This document shows, piece after piece, positions 36,669 to 45,400 of a stretch of 64,000 nt of DNA. Numbering within the stretch: position 1 is the first letter of the stretch; each line of letters begins with the position of its first letter. Source of the stretch: a virus (Duplodnaviria > Caudoviricetes); IMG/VR virus record IMGVR_UViG_3300031416_000352, positions 6,245 through 70,244 of that record, one strand, 5' to 3'. The position numbers and the translations under genes are program-made. Under the pieces are notes generated by a model, which worked only from the letters and a program-made list of their open reading frames with translations, did no database searches and was not told the origin of the DNA.

Positions 36669-37217
36669 ATGACTACACCCCTTAAAGCGGTAGCAGCCGG
36701 CGGCAATAGCGCAGAGCTGCGTGAATGGGTTACTGGGGATTTACTGCCCGTGACTATGGGCGGCACTGGCGGCACGACGGCGGCCGCAGCGCGATCCAAC
36801 TTGGGGCTCGGTGCGGCTGCTGTTGCAGCGATCTTGGGCACAGTGTCGCAGTCTGGCGGCGTGCCAACGGGTGCAATCATCCAGCGTGGAAGCAATGCGA
36901 ATGGCGAGTTTGTGCGCTATGCAGATGGAACGCTTATCTGCTGGCACCGGTGGAATGTTGGAGGCTCATCAATAAACGTGGGCGCATTAACAAATGCTTT
37001 GGTTGGTTATTGGGCGTATCCATCCGCATTCGCCAATGCAAACACCATCTCGGCATATGGCAATTCGTCATTTGATGGCGGCGAAAACTTTGCATGTCGT
37101 GTGTTTTGCGGAGCATCTGAGGCAAGTGTTCAGATCCAGAACATCACCAACGCTTCTAGAACTGCAGCATTCGCAAGCACTGGAATTTACCTCTTTGCGA
37201 TTGGCAGGTGGTTCTAA
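36669..37217 (+). CDS. Short tail fibre protein (knob/gp53-like C-terminus)
   Basis: ARSNLGLG, GTVSQSGGVPTGAIIQRGSNANGEFVRYADGTLICW, AIGRW motifs. Confidence 0.8.
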   Translation: MTTPLKAVAAGGNSAELREWVTGDLLPVTMGGTGGTTAAAARSNLGLGAAAVAAILGTVSQSGGVPTGAIIQRGSNANGEFVRYADGTLICWHRWNVGGSSINVGALTNALVGYWAYPSAFANANTISAYGNSSFDGGENFACRVFCGASEASVQIQNITNASRTAAFASTGIYLFAIGRWF

Positions 37218-37525
37218 TGAAAATCAATCTCTCACCCCAGGTCCGCCCTGAGGCCATTGAAGTGCTCAAGGCTGGTGACAAGCTCACGGTCAACGGAGAG
37301 CTGTTCGACTTCACCCCGCTGGCCGAGGGCGCGGTTCTGCCAGCGGCTGCCGTGAACTGCGAATTCATCATCGGCGACGTGCGCCGCGAAGGTGGCGAGC
37401 TGCAGCTGACCCTGCTACTGCCAATCGCCTGGGACGCGCCTGAGAGCTGCGCCTTCCCTGAGCCGATCCTCAACCCAGCAGATGGCCGCGTGCCCCTGCC
37501 TACCGACGAGGTGCCCAATGCCTAA
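37217..37525 (+). CDS. Tail fibre assembly-associated protein
   Basis: MKINLSPQ...NGELFDF..L.EGAVLP...GELQLTLLLP motif that typically follows such fibres. Confidence 0.75.
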   Translation: MKINLSPQVRPEAIEVLKAGDKLTVNGELFDFTPLAEGAVLPAAAVNCEFIIGDVRREGGELQLTLLLPIAWDAPESCAFPEPILNPADGRVPLPTDEVPNA

Positions 37526-37838
37526 TATCGACTGGGGCCAACTCAAGACGGCCGAGCAGATTGCCGAAGAGGACCGCCGTGCGCGCGTGCCTGCCGAGAT
37601 CAGCCGCGCACAGGGCAGGGCGATCCTGGGGCTACAGGGCCTCACACAGGGCGTTCTCGACTACATGGCTGGGATCACCAACGATCAAGAGGCGATGTGG
37701 GCCGATCTGGCGTGGAACCACACCAGCACCTGGCGCCGCTTCGACTCGCCGTTTCTGACCAAGGCCGCAGCTGCGCTTGGTCTGAGTGACGATGCTCTGG
37801 ATGAGATGTTCATCGCTGCTGCGCAGATCGTTATCTAA
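37518..37838 (+). CDS. Tail fibre assembly-associated protein
   Basis: MPNIDWGQLKT...VP.EISRAQGR...ALGLSD..LDEMFIAA. Confidence 0.72.
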   Translation: MPNIDWGQLKTAEQIAEEDRRARVPAEISRAQGRAILGLQGLTQGVLDYMAGITNDQEAMWADLAWNHTSTWRRFDSPFLTKAAAALGLSDDALDEMFIAAAQIVI

Positions 37839-37845
37839 AACCGCA

Positions 37846-37888
37846 CATAGGATTTTGAGGCCATGACCTGGTTCAACAAAATCCTTGC
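37846..37888 (+). promoter_or_regulatory. Late promoter 6, predicted leaderless
   Basis: CATAGGATT (37846-37854), 22 nt, CAAAAT (37877-37882), 6 nt, ATG. Confidence 0.65.
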
Positions 37889-40006
37889 ATGAGCAAACAA
37901 GGAGCAAGCATGCGAGGCTTCCAACCGGCCAAGGGCAAGGCCAAAACTTTTGCCAACGGAGGTCCTGTGCGTGGCCCCGGTACCGGTACTTCTGACGAGG
38001 TGACGGACACCGTGCCCAATGGCACCTACATCATGCCAGCCGACAGCACCCAAGCCGTGGGTGAGCAGCAGCTGGCGGCCATGGGTGGCGCGCCGCGTGG
38101 GTTTGCGCCGGCCAACGCCGCACCTCAAGGTGACGGCGTCCCCGTGCAACTGAGCAATGGCGAGTTCAAGCTGCCACCCGAGCAGGTGCATGCCATTGGC
38201 GTGCAGGCGCTTGATCAGATGAAGAACGCGACTCACGCCCCCGTGGCTGCGCGGGGCTTCCCTGCAGGTGCTGTAGGTGCGCCACAGCGGCCGGAGCCAC
38301 CACTGTTCTTCGCGGACGGCGGCCTGGTGGATGACGAAAATCGCCGACCGAACAGCTTTGGCGATGCGGCCGCCACGGTTTCCACCCCTGGCACTACGCT
38401 GGTGACCACCCCGGCGACTGCACCTGCACCTGCACCTGCACCTGCACCTGCACCTGCACCTGCACCTGCACCTGCACCTGCACCTGCAGCTGTGCCCAGT
38501 GCTGCTTCCACGCCGATCAACATCTTCCCCGGTAACCGCCTGCAGGGCGACAGCGGTGCCACTGGTGCGCCATCTCCGGCCATCACCCCCGCTGCTGCAA
38601 CCCCAGCTGCCATGGCTCCTCCAACCGCCACCCCCGTGCTTGACCCTCAGGTGCGAGCAGACAGAGCAGCAATCGGCTCTGCCTGGGACACTGTCAAGGA
38701 TGTGAGCAATGATGCCGGCCGCGCCATCGCGGATGTGGCCTCTTTGGTGCCGCGCGGGCTGGTCGGGGCCTATGACAGTGCTGTGGTGCGACCAATGCGC
38801 GCTGCAGGGCTCGATGCGGCATACCTAAGCCCCAAGCTTGTGCCCGATGGTGTCGATCCTTCAAGCATGACGCCGTTCACCGACCAGAAGCGTATGCAGC
38901 AGGCCGCTGCAGCAACTGTGGCTCCTGGCCAGCAGCCGCTGCCCACCGGCGTCAACCCATCGACCGCTGGTGCAGGGCGAGGAGCAGTTAATCCGCCGTT
39001 GGCTGCCCCGATTGCTCCAGCGGTATCGACTGTTGGTCTTCCTCCAGCAGCTGCCCCTGCACCCGCAGAGCCACCCGCCAACCAAGTTATGCCGGGTGTG
39101 TATCGCACGGGAAACAGCTATGGTGATTCTCCCGAGGCGGCCCGGGCTGGTGCTCAGCCGCGCGGGTTGCCTTCCGCTCAAAACATGGCAGCTGCTGATG
39201 CTATGTCACAGCGGCAGGTAGATTCCGCCTTGCAGGCACCCCGTGGCTTTGCTCCGGGCGTGCCTCAGTTCGCCGCGCCCCAGGTCTCCACCAGCGCGAA
39301 TGACTGGGAGACCCGGAACAACCTGCGCAACCTGGAAGTTTCTGCGAGTTCGATCACCAACAACGGTGGGCGCTTCGATCCTCGCCGTGGACGCAACACT
39401 GGACCGTCCCCGGCTCAGGCGGCCTACACGGATGCGCTGCGTGCCGACCTGACAGCTCGCGGCCTCCAGCCCAGCTTGGACAACTCCACCAACCAGATCA
39501 ATGCAGGCCTGCAGCGCGAGGAAATGCAGCAGGCGGGCAGCAATCAGCGCAACGCCGCAGACAACGCCGCGCGCGCCGCTGAATTCACCAACCGTGGGTT
39601 TGTTGACAGAAGCCGTCTCGCGCTGGAGCAGGACCGCCAGGCCACCGATAGCAAGGTCCGCGGGTTCGAGATCCGTGCGGGTGAGCGGCAAGAGCGCCTG
39701 CAGCAGCAATATGCGGCCGCCAAAACGCCGCAAGAGCGAGAAGCCATCGCCAAGCAGATCCGCGACCTGGCCGGCAAGCCCGACCAGTCACCCTGGCGCG
39801 TTCAGGTGACACCATCCGTCAAGAACGTGGATGGCAGCACCAGTGAAGGCAGTGTGATTCGTTACAACGACCAGACGGGGGCTGTCGAAAAGGTGGATCT
39901 GAGTGGCGGAACAGCTATGCCTTCAGGAATGGTCAAGCAGGTTGGTACTGCTGATGGAAAGCCTGTTTACGAGGATGCTCACGGGAAGAGGTTCGTTGCA
40001 GGATAA
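37889..40006 (+). CDS. Internal virion (ejection) protein, Pro/Ala-rich
   Basis: 705 aa; N-terminal FANGGPVRGPGTGTSDEV...LSNGEF motif; low-complexity middle; helical C-terminus. Confidence 0.75.
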   Translation: MSKQGASMRGFQPAKGKAKTFANGGPVRGPGTGTSDEVTDTVPNGTYIMPADSTQAVGEQQLAAMGGAPRGFAPANAAPQGDGVPVQLSNGEFKLPPEQVHAIGVQALDQMKNATHAPVAARGFPAGAVGAPQRPEPPLFFADGGLVDDENRRPNSFGDAAATVSTPGTTLVTTPATAPAPAPAPAPAPAPAPAPAPAPAAVPSAASTPINIFPGNRLQGDSGATGAPSPAITPAAATPAAMAPPTATPVLDPQVRADRAAIGSAWDTVKDVSNDAGRAIADVASLVPRGLVGAYDSAVVRPMRAAGLDAAYLSPKLVPDGVDPSSMTPFTDQKRMQQAAAATVAPGQQPLPTGVNPSTAGAGRGAVNPPLAAPIAPAVSTVGLPPAAAPAPAEPPANQVMPGVYRTGNSYGDSPEAARAGAQPRGLPSAQNMAAADAMSQRQVDSALQAPRGFAPGVPQFAAPQVSTSANDWETRNNLRNLEVSASSITNNGGRFDPRRGRNTGPSPAQAAYTDALRADLTARGLQPSLDNSTNQINAGLQREEMQQAGSNQRNAADNAARAAEFTNRGFVDRSRLALEQDRQATDSKVRGFEIRAGERQERLQQQYAAAKTPQEREAIAKQIRDLAGKPDQSPWRVQVTPSVKNVDGSTSEGSVIRYNDQTGAVEKVDLSGGTAMPSGMVKQVGTADGKPVYEDAHGKRFVAG
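38420..38488 (+). repeat. (GCACCT)11 hexanucleotide tandem repeat encoding (AP)11
   Basis: Direct reading of 11 perfect units plus GCA. Confidence 0.97.
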
Positions 40007-40510
40007 CTATTTGTCACTGTCTAACTTGCCATCGAACGGTTTTAGATTCGCAGGTGGGGTGATCCATTGCGAATCCGAATGCGTAGATTTGCCCTGACCT
40101 TCAACAAGGTTCCCACCGAAACGGTCGCGCTCAGGTTGTGCGGCCGTTTGAGGCTGTGGCGATACAACGGACGGCACCTTCACCGGCGCAACAACCATTC
40201 CCACCAGCAGCACCGCCCCCGCCAGCATTGAAAGTAGGGCGGCCAGCTTTGCCAGCCCGGCCCATAGGATGTGACCCGTGTACTTGTTGGCGGCGCGCCA
40301 GATCCCCACATTGACGATCACCACATACACACAGAAGGCGGCACCGATGAGCACCGCAGGCGTGCTGCCGGGGCTGCACAGCCCCACGGGAGCAAGAACC
40401 AGGATGCTCCCCAGCACCCCGAATCCCCAGTAGGTCAAGGGCAGTCCGAACTGCCCGCGCCAAAGCTTTTCTAGTGTGTTCATACACAGTATTCTGAAGC
40501 ATGTTGCCAT
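40007..40510 (-). CDS. Hypothetical membrane protein (moron, convergent)
   Basis: LEKLWRGQFGLPLTYWGFG and GIWRAANKY motifs, three to four hydrophobic segments. Confidence 0.75.
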   Translation of the reverse strand: MATCFRILCMNTLEKLWRGQFGLPLTYWGFGVLGSILVLAPVGLCSPGSTPAVLIGAAFCVYVVIVNVGIWRAANKYTGHILWAGLAKLAALLSMLAGAVLLVGMVVAPVKVPSVVSPQPQTAAQPERDRFGGNLVEGQGKSTHSDSQWITPPANLKPFDGKLDSDK

Positions 40511-40632
40511 GATGGAATTCGTTCACCTATTGTGGTTTTTGGGGTGAACCACCATAGTCCTTTGACTGTTATGCTGATCGTGCAGTGCAAGACTGATCGC
40601 AAAAGTTGAGCCGGTCAGGTTGCTGTTGAGAA

Positions 40633-40655
40633 CTTGCTAGCATATATCTAGCAAG
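40633..40655. promoter_or_regulatory. Palindromic operator-like site
   Basis: CTTGCTAG-N7-CTAGCAAG perfect inverted repeat upstream of the DprA-like gene. Confidence 0.45.
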
Positions 40656-40736
40656 CTCTCCCCATCTTAGAGGGGCTCGGGCAGCGTAAAACAATAGAGC
40701 AATCGTGGCTGGAAGCCATCTTCAAAACGTGAGATA

Positions 40737-40752
40737 CTGTGTTTTTATCCAG
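40737..40752. promoter_or_regulatory. LexA (SOS) box upstream of the DprA-PRTase cassette
   Basis: taCTGtgtttttatcCAGtg, directly before the GGAG RBS and ATG 40766. Confidence 0.8.
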
Positions 40753-40765
40753 TGGAGCTACAAAC

Positions 40766-41701
40766 ATGCATGACATGCATTCTGAACTGCCGTTTGCGCC
40801 AGATGCGGATGCTGCACGTCATGAGTGGAGGCTCATCTTCAAGTGCAAGCCGGTTGACGTCCACACCGAACTAGGTGCTTACGAGTACCTGTGGCTACAG
40901 AGCAAGACATCGGTCAAGCGGATGGCAGAGTTGTTCAATGACAACCCAAATGCATTGCCCTCTGACCTTGTTGATTTCGATATTGCGGTGGATACAGCTA
41001 ACCAAGTAGTCGCCCATTTCACAGAGAAGGGCTTGGAGGAATTTGGTGTGCGAGTGCATGGGGCCGACGAATACCCAGATAGTTTGCGGGATGCTGTTGA
41101 GCCTATTGAAATGCTTTACTATCAGGGCGATTGGGAGTTGGTAGAGTCACCAAAGCGTGTGGCAGTTGTGGGCACGCGCAATATTTCACCAGAAGGCGCG
41201 GCACGTACGCGTAAATTAGTTAAAGCTCTTGTGGAGCATGATTTCACGGTTGTATCAGGTTTGGCTAAAGGTGTAGACACTGTTGCTCACCGTACTGCCA
41301 TTGAGTGCGGTGGCAGGACTATTGCTGTTATCGGTACACCACTAACAGAAGTGTATCCACGGGAAAATCAAGATCTTCAGCGTGAAATTGCTTCTAAGCA
41401 TCTTGTTATCAGTCAGGTGCCTGTTCTGAAATATCTACAGCAAGATTATAGAATGAACAGATTATTTTTTCCTGAGCGCAATAAGACGATGTCTGCTTTG
41501 ACCAATGCGACAATTATTGTCGAGGCTGGCGAGACATCAGGAACATTGATTCAAGCAACTGCAGCCTTGAAGCAAAACCGAAAACTTTTCATTTTGGAAA
41601 GTAATTTCCATAATCCTAACATTTCTTGGCCTGCAAAGTTTGAGAAGCTTGGTGCAATTCGCGTTCGCGACTTTGATGACATTGTAATAAATTTGAACTA
41701 A
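40766..41701 (+). CDS. DprA/SMF-family protein, ShosA-like antitoxin of a ShosTA-type defence system
   Basis: VAVVGTR, VVSGLAKGVDTVAH, IAVIGT, FFPERNKTMSAL...IIVEAG..SGTL motifs; lacks the C-terminal domain of competence DprA; low GC. Confidence 0.88.
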   Translation: MHDMHSELPFAPDADAARHEWRLIFKCKPVDVHTELGAYEYLWLQSKTSVKRMAELFNDNPNALPSDLVDFDIAVDTANQVVAHFTEKGLEEFGVRVHGADEYPDSLRDAVEPIEMLYYQGDWELVESPKRVAVVGTRNISPEGAARTRKLVKALVEHDFTVVSGLAKGVDTVAHRTAIECGGRTIAVIGTPLTEVYPRENQDLQREIASKHLVISQVPVLKYLQQDYRMNRLFFPERNKTMSALTNATIIVEAGETSGTLIQATAALKQNRKLFILESNFHNPNISWPAKFEKLGAIRVRDFDDIVINLN

Positions 41702-41702
41702 T

Positions 41703-42392
41703 ATGCGAATGCAAATTGTTGGTGAAATAGAGCGGCGACAGCACTATCATCTAAATGCACAGCATGTGTGTTATTTCTTTGGCGAATACACGCCTCATGA
41801 GTACACAGAAGGTCGCAGAGCTAGTTTTTCTGAGACTAATCAGCATATTAGCAACCTCAAGAAGAGCATGACTCGCAAGGGGATGCATGATTGGCACTAT
41901 AAGGCTAACGCAATTGATATTGCAGGAAAGCGGCTTTTTGATGCAATAAACTGGGAGACGGCAGTTAAAGACGCTACATTTATACCCGTGCCACCATCCA
42001 AAATTAGAACCGATGCAGCATATGATGATCGGATGCTAAAGGTTCTTCAGCGTCTCAATAGTCGTCTCCCTTTTGAACTTGACATAAGGGATATGTTGAT
42101 TTCAGATGGCAGCCTTAATGCAAGTCATGAGAACAATGGCAGAGCTACACCTGAAGAAATTTCAAAATCAATTTCTTTCGACGAAGCGCTGGCGGGAAAG
42201 CTTCCGGCACCAAAATACTTGTTTGTGCTAGATGATGTTTTAACAACTGGATCGCACTTCGTGGGCATATCACAGTTGTTGTCCCAGAGGTTTCCAGGGG
42301 TACCTATCGTCGGGTGTTTTGTAGCAAGGACTGTTAGACCTGAAACAGATTTCAGTGCAATATTTGACGATTCCCCAGATATAGATTTTTAA
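41703..42392 (+). CDS. Phosphoribosyltransferase (ComF-like), ShosT-like toxin
   Basis: FIPVPPS and PRPP-binding VLDDVLTTGSHF motif; abuts the DprA-like gene; low GC. Confidence 0.85.
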   Translation: MRMQIVGEIERRQHYHLNAQHVCYFFGEYTPHEYTEGRRASFSETNQHISNLKKSMTRKGMHDWHYKANAIDIAGKRLFDAINWETAVKDATFIPVPPSKIRTDAAYDDRMLKVLQRLNSRLPFELDIRDMLISDGSLNASHENNGRATPEEISKSISFDEALAGKLPAPKYLFVLDDVLTTGSHFVGISQLLSQRFPGVPIVGCFVARTVRPETDFSAIFDDSPDIDF

Positions 42393-42451
42393 TTTTTGTT
42401 CGCAGTTCTTTATACCGTTTAGTTCACGTATGGTTGGTGCTTACTCCCCGG

Positions 42452-42494
42452 TATAGGGCTTAGCCATCCCCCACCCAGGGAGCAGAGTGGGGGG
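42452..42494 (+). promoter_or_regulatory. Late promoter 7 (giant protein), predicted leaderless
   Basis: TATAGGGCT (42452-42460), 22 nt, CAGAGT (42483-42488), 6 nt, ATG. Confidence 0.72.
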
Positions 42495-45400
42495 ATGGCA
42501 AACGAATCCCTTAAGCCCTTCGCGGGCGAGCTCGATACCACTCAGTCCATCAAAGCGAAGGGGCTGCAGCCCTTCAAGGGCGTACTTGATGGTGATGAAG
42601 AAAAACGGTCGACAGGCGAAGCCTTCAAGGACGTGGGGCTCGGTCTGGCCCAGGGCGCGGCTGGCCTAGTCAAATCCGCTGGCGATGCCTACGGCCTTGT
42701 CACCGGTGACATGGACAACACCGTGTCGAAAACGGCTGGCGGCTGGCAGGAATCGCTGGACAAGGAAAAGTCCGCCGGCTTCCAAGCGCGCGCGGCGCGG
42801 CGCAAGGAGAACATCGACGCGCAAGACTCAACCCTGGGCAAGGCATGGACGGCGGTAAAGGACACGGTAACCGATCCAGCGCTGGCGCTGGATACCGTGG
42901 CTACGAACGTTTCGACGCTGATCCCTGGTGCATTGGCTGGCCGGGCTGTGGCGGCAGCCCGGATGGCGCAAGCTGCGCGTGTAGGCCTCACCGGCGAGGC
43001 CGCTGCTGCAGCTGCAACCCAGGCCGGCAAAGCCGGTACCGCTGCTGCTCTGGGCACCGGTGCGGCTCAGCAGGCAACGGATGTTTCCGCCCAGGCATAC
43101 GAAGACAACACCAAGAAGGATGAAGCCATCTGGGATGCCAACCCAGAATTCCAGGCCGCGCTGGCCGCCAACGGTGGTGATCGCGCGAAAGCCAAGCATG
43201 ACCTGTCGTTGGACGCAGCGCGCGCAGCCTTCCTGCCTGCAGCTGGCATTTCGCTGGCGGCCAACGCTGTGCCCGGCGGCGCGATGTTGGAAAAGGCCCT
43301 GGTGGGCGGTGCTGCCCGCGAGGTGGCCAAGGAGGGCGCAAAGCTCGCCGTTCCGAAGGCCATCGCCAAGACGGCGCTGGGCGAGGCCACCGGTGAAGCC
43401 ATCGAAGAGGGTGGTGGGCAATATGCCGCTAACGTGGCGGCCCAGCAATACATCGACCCGAACCAGGATCTGATGAATGGGGTGGGCGAGAACGCTGGCT
43501 TGGGCGCTGCCGGCGGCCTGCTCATGGGCGCTGCTGGTGGTGCGTTCCACGGCCACCGGCCAGCACCAGGTAGCCAGCAGGAACAGCAAAATGCCTTGGA
43601 TGCTGCCAACCAGGCAGCGGCCGATGCTCTGGAGGGTTCGCCTTCGGCGCTTGAGGCCCAGCAGTGGAGCACCGCCCCTGGCGCAGCGCCTGATGGCGCG
43701 CCTGACCAAACACAGGCCGCCAGCCCGTTGTATGACCCTCGCATTGACGGCATGAGCACCAGCCCGGGCGCCGCGCAGGCGCAGGGCAATGAAGTGGAAT
43801 TCACCCGCGACTTTGATACGGCTGGGCTTGCGCTGGCTCCTGATGCGCCTGCTGGTGCGCCAGCAGCACCAGGTCCAGACGCTGCCGCAGATCTGGCTCA
43901 GGTGCTCGACCAGCGCACGCCAGCGCAACGCATGGGCCTGGATGAAAACGCCGGCACCATGTCTGCAGCTGCCGTGCTGGCCGTAAATTCCGGCGCCGCA
44001 GGTCAACTGCAGGCGGCATCTGCTGCCGCTGCCGCACAGCAGCAGGACGCCAAAGCGCAGGAGCCGGCGGCCAAGACTACCTCTGCCGCACCAGCATCAG
44101 CAGTGGACGCCGATGGCCACAGCTTTGACGATGCGCGCATGCCGGAGCTGGCCCCCGAGGAATTCACCGCCCGCCAGCGCAAGCTCAACCAAGAGCTGTC
44201 GGTTGCGATGAACAACAACGACCGGCCAGCACTGTCCCGGATCGGCGATGCCAAGCGTGAACTTTTCAACGGCAGCCGTTCGACTGCGGACCTCATGGCT
44301 GACTACAACGCCGCCGAGGGCAGCCGTGAGGCGACGGCCAAGCACGAGCAGCGCGGCATCCGCGACGAGCTGGGAAAGCGCGGTCTGGTGGTCGAGCGCC
44401 AGGTGCAGAACGACAGCGGCGAGGTGCGCTTCACGGCCAAGCCCATCACCCAGAACACCCAGCAGGCGCCAGAGCCCGGCGTCTACGCCACCTACGAGGA
44501 CGCCCGTAAGGCGCGTGGCGAGCAAAACGCACGCGGCACGAGCGTGAAGGTGATTCCCAGCCCGGTAGAGGGCGGTTTCATCCTGGCGGCCAAGGGCACC
44601 CCCGAATACGTCGTTGGCGAGAAATACGCCGAGCAGCGGCGCAAGCAGGATTCAGCCGCAAACCGCCAGAAGATGGCCGAGAGCAATGCCAAGTACAAGG
44701 CTGCTGCGGACCTGGCCAAACAGCTCAAGGCAGAGCGGGAGGGTGCCCAGAGCGCCCAGGCCGCCGCCGCGTCCACCATCAATCGAGTTCAAACCACAGG
44801 AGAAACTGCCAATGGCATTGAAGCCGATCAAGCCCAGCAAGCGGGCCCGCAACGCATCGCGCCAACTGGCGATGGCGGAAGCATCGCTACAGAAAACGCT
44901 GGACCGGGCGCGCGAGCGCCGCGAATTGTTGCAAAAGGCCGGGCTGCAGCCGGGCCAGTTGACGGCGCGGGCAGTGGCCAGCCTGCACAAGGCCTGACCG
45001 ATGGCTCCACCACGACTGCGAACCCTGGAGCGAAAGCATCGCCAGCGCCAAGCCCGCAAGCTCAAGCGCAAGAGCCAGCACAGCAGCGCGCCCAGCAGCT
45101 CGATGATGCCGGCGCCGCCTGGGCCCGCATGCCCGCCGCTGAGCGTCAGGGCGTTGCCGCCCGGCTGGATGGTGTAAAGCCGGTCATCGCTAAGAACCTT
45201 CCCAAAAGTCAATGGAAGAACCTGAATGGCGACCTGCAACGCAAGATCGCCGATGCCATTGCGCCAGCACCAGTAAGCTCTAACGCCCCGATGCAGGCAC
45301 CAGAACCAGCTGGTGCACCTGCTGGCCCCGTGCAACCTGATGCCCAGGCGAGCGCCGCGAGCGAACCTGCACCGACGGCCGAGAGCGCAGCGGTGGCGTC

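Noticed and set aside
38420-38488. Tandem repeats (here and 60547-60735) considered as CRISPR or DGR elements
   Set aside because: No spacers; in-frame low-complexity coding repeats; no cas or reverse transcriptase gene anywhere in the window
40477-40492. GTG-N10-CAG near the start of the reverse membrane gene, and CTA-N10-CAG at about 7222
   Set aside because: Mismatch in the critical CTG triplet; too weak to call LexA boxes
40739-40765. GTG start proposed by the ORF track for the DprA-like gene
   Set aside because: It lies within the SOS box; ATG 40766 has a GGAG RBS and is preferred
40766-42392. Interpretation as host competence genes dprA/comF
   Set aside because: Low-GC insert inside a prophage, compact DprA without the usual C-terminal domain, PRTase without the ComF zinc finger; fits a defence cassette better
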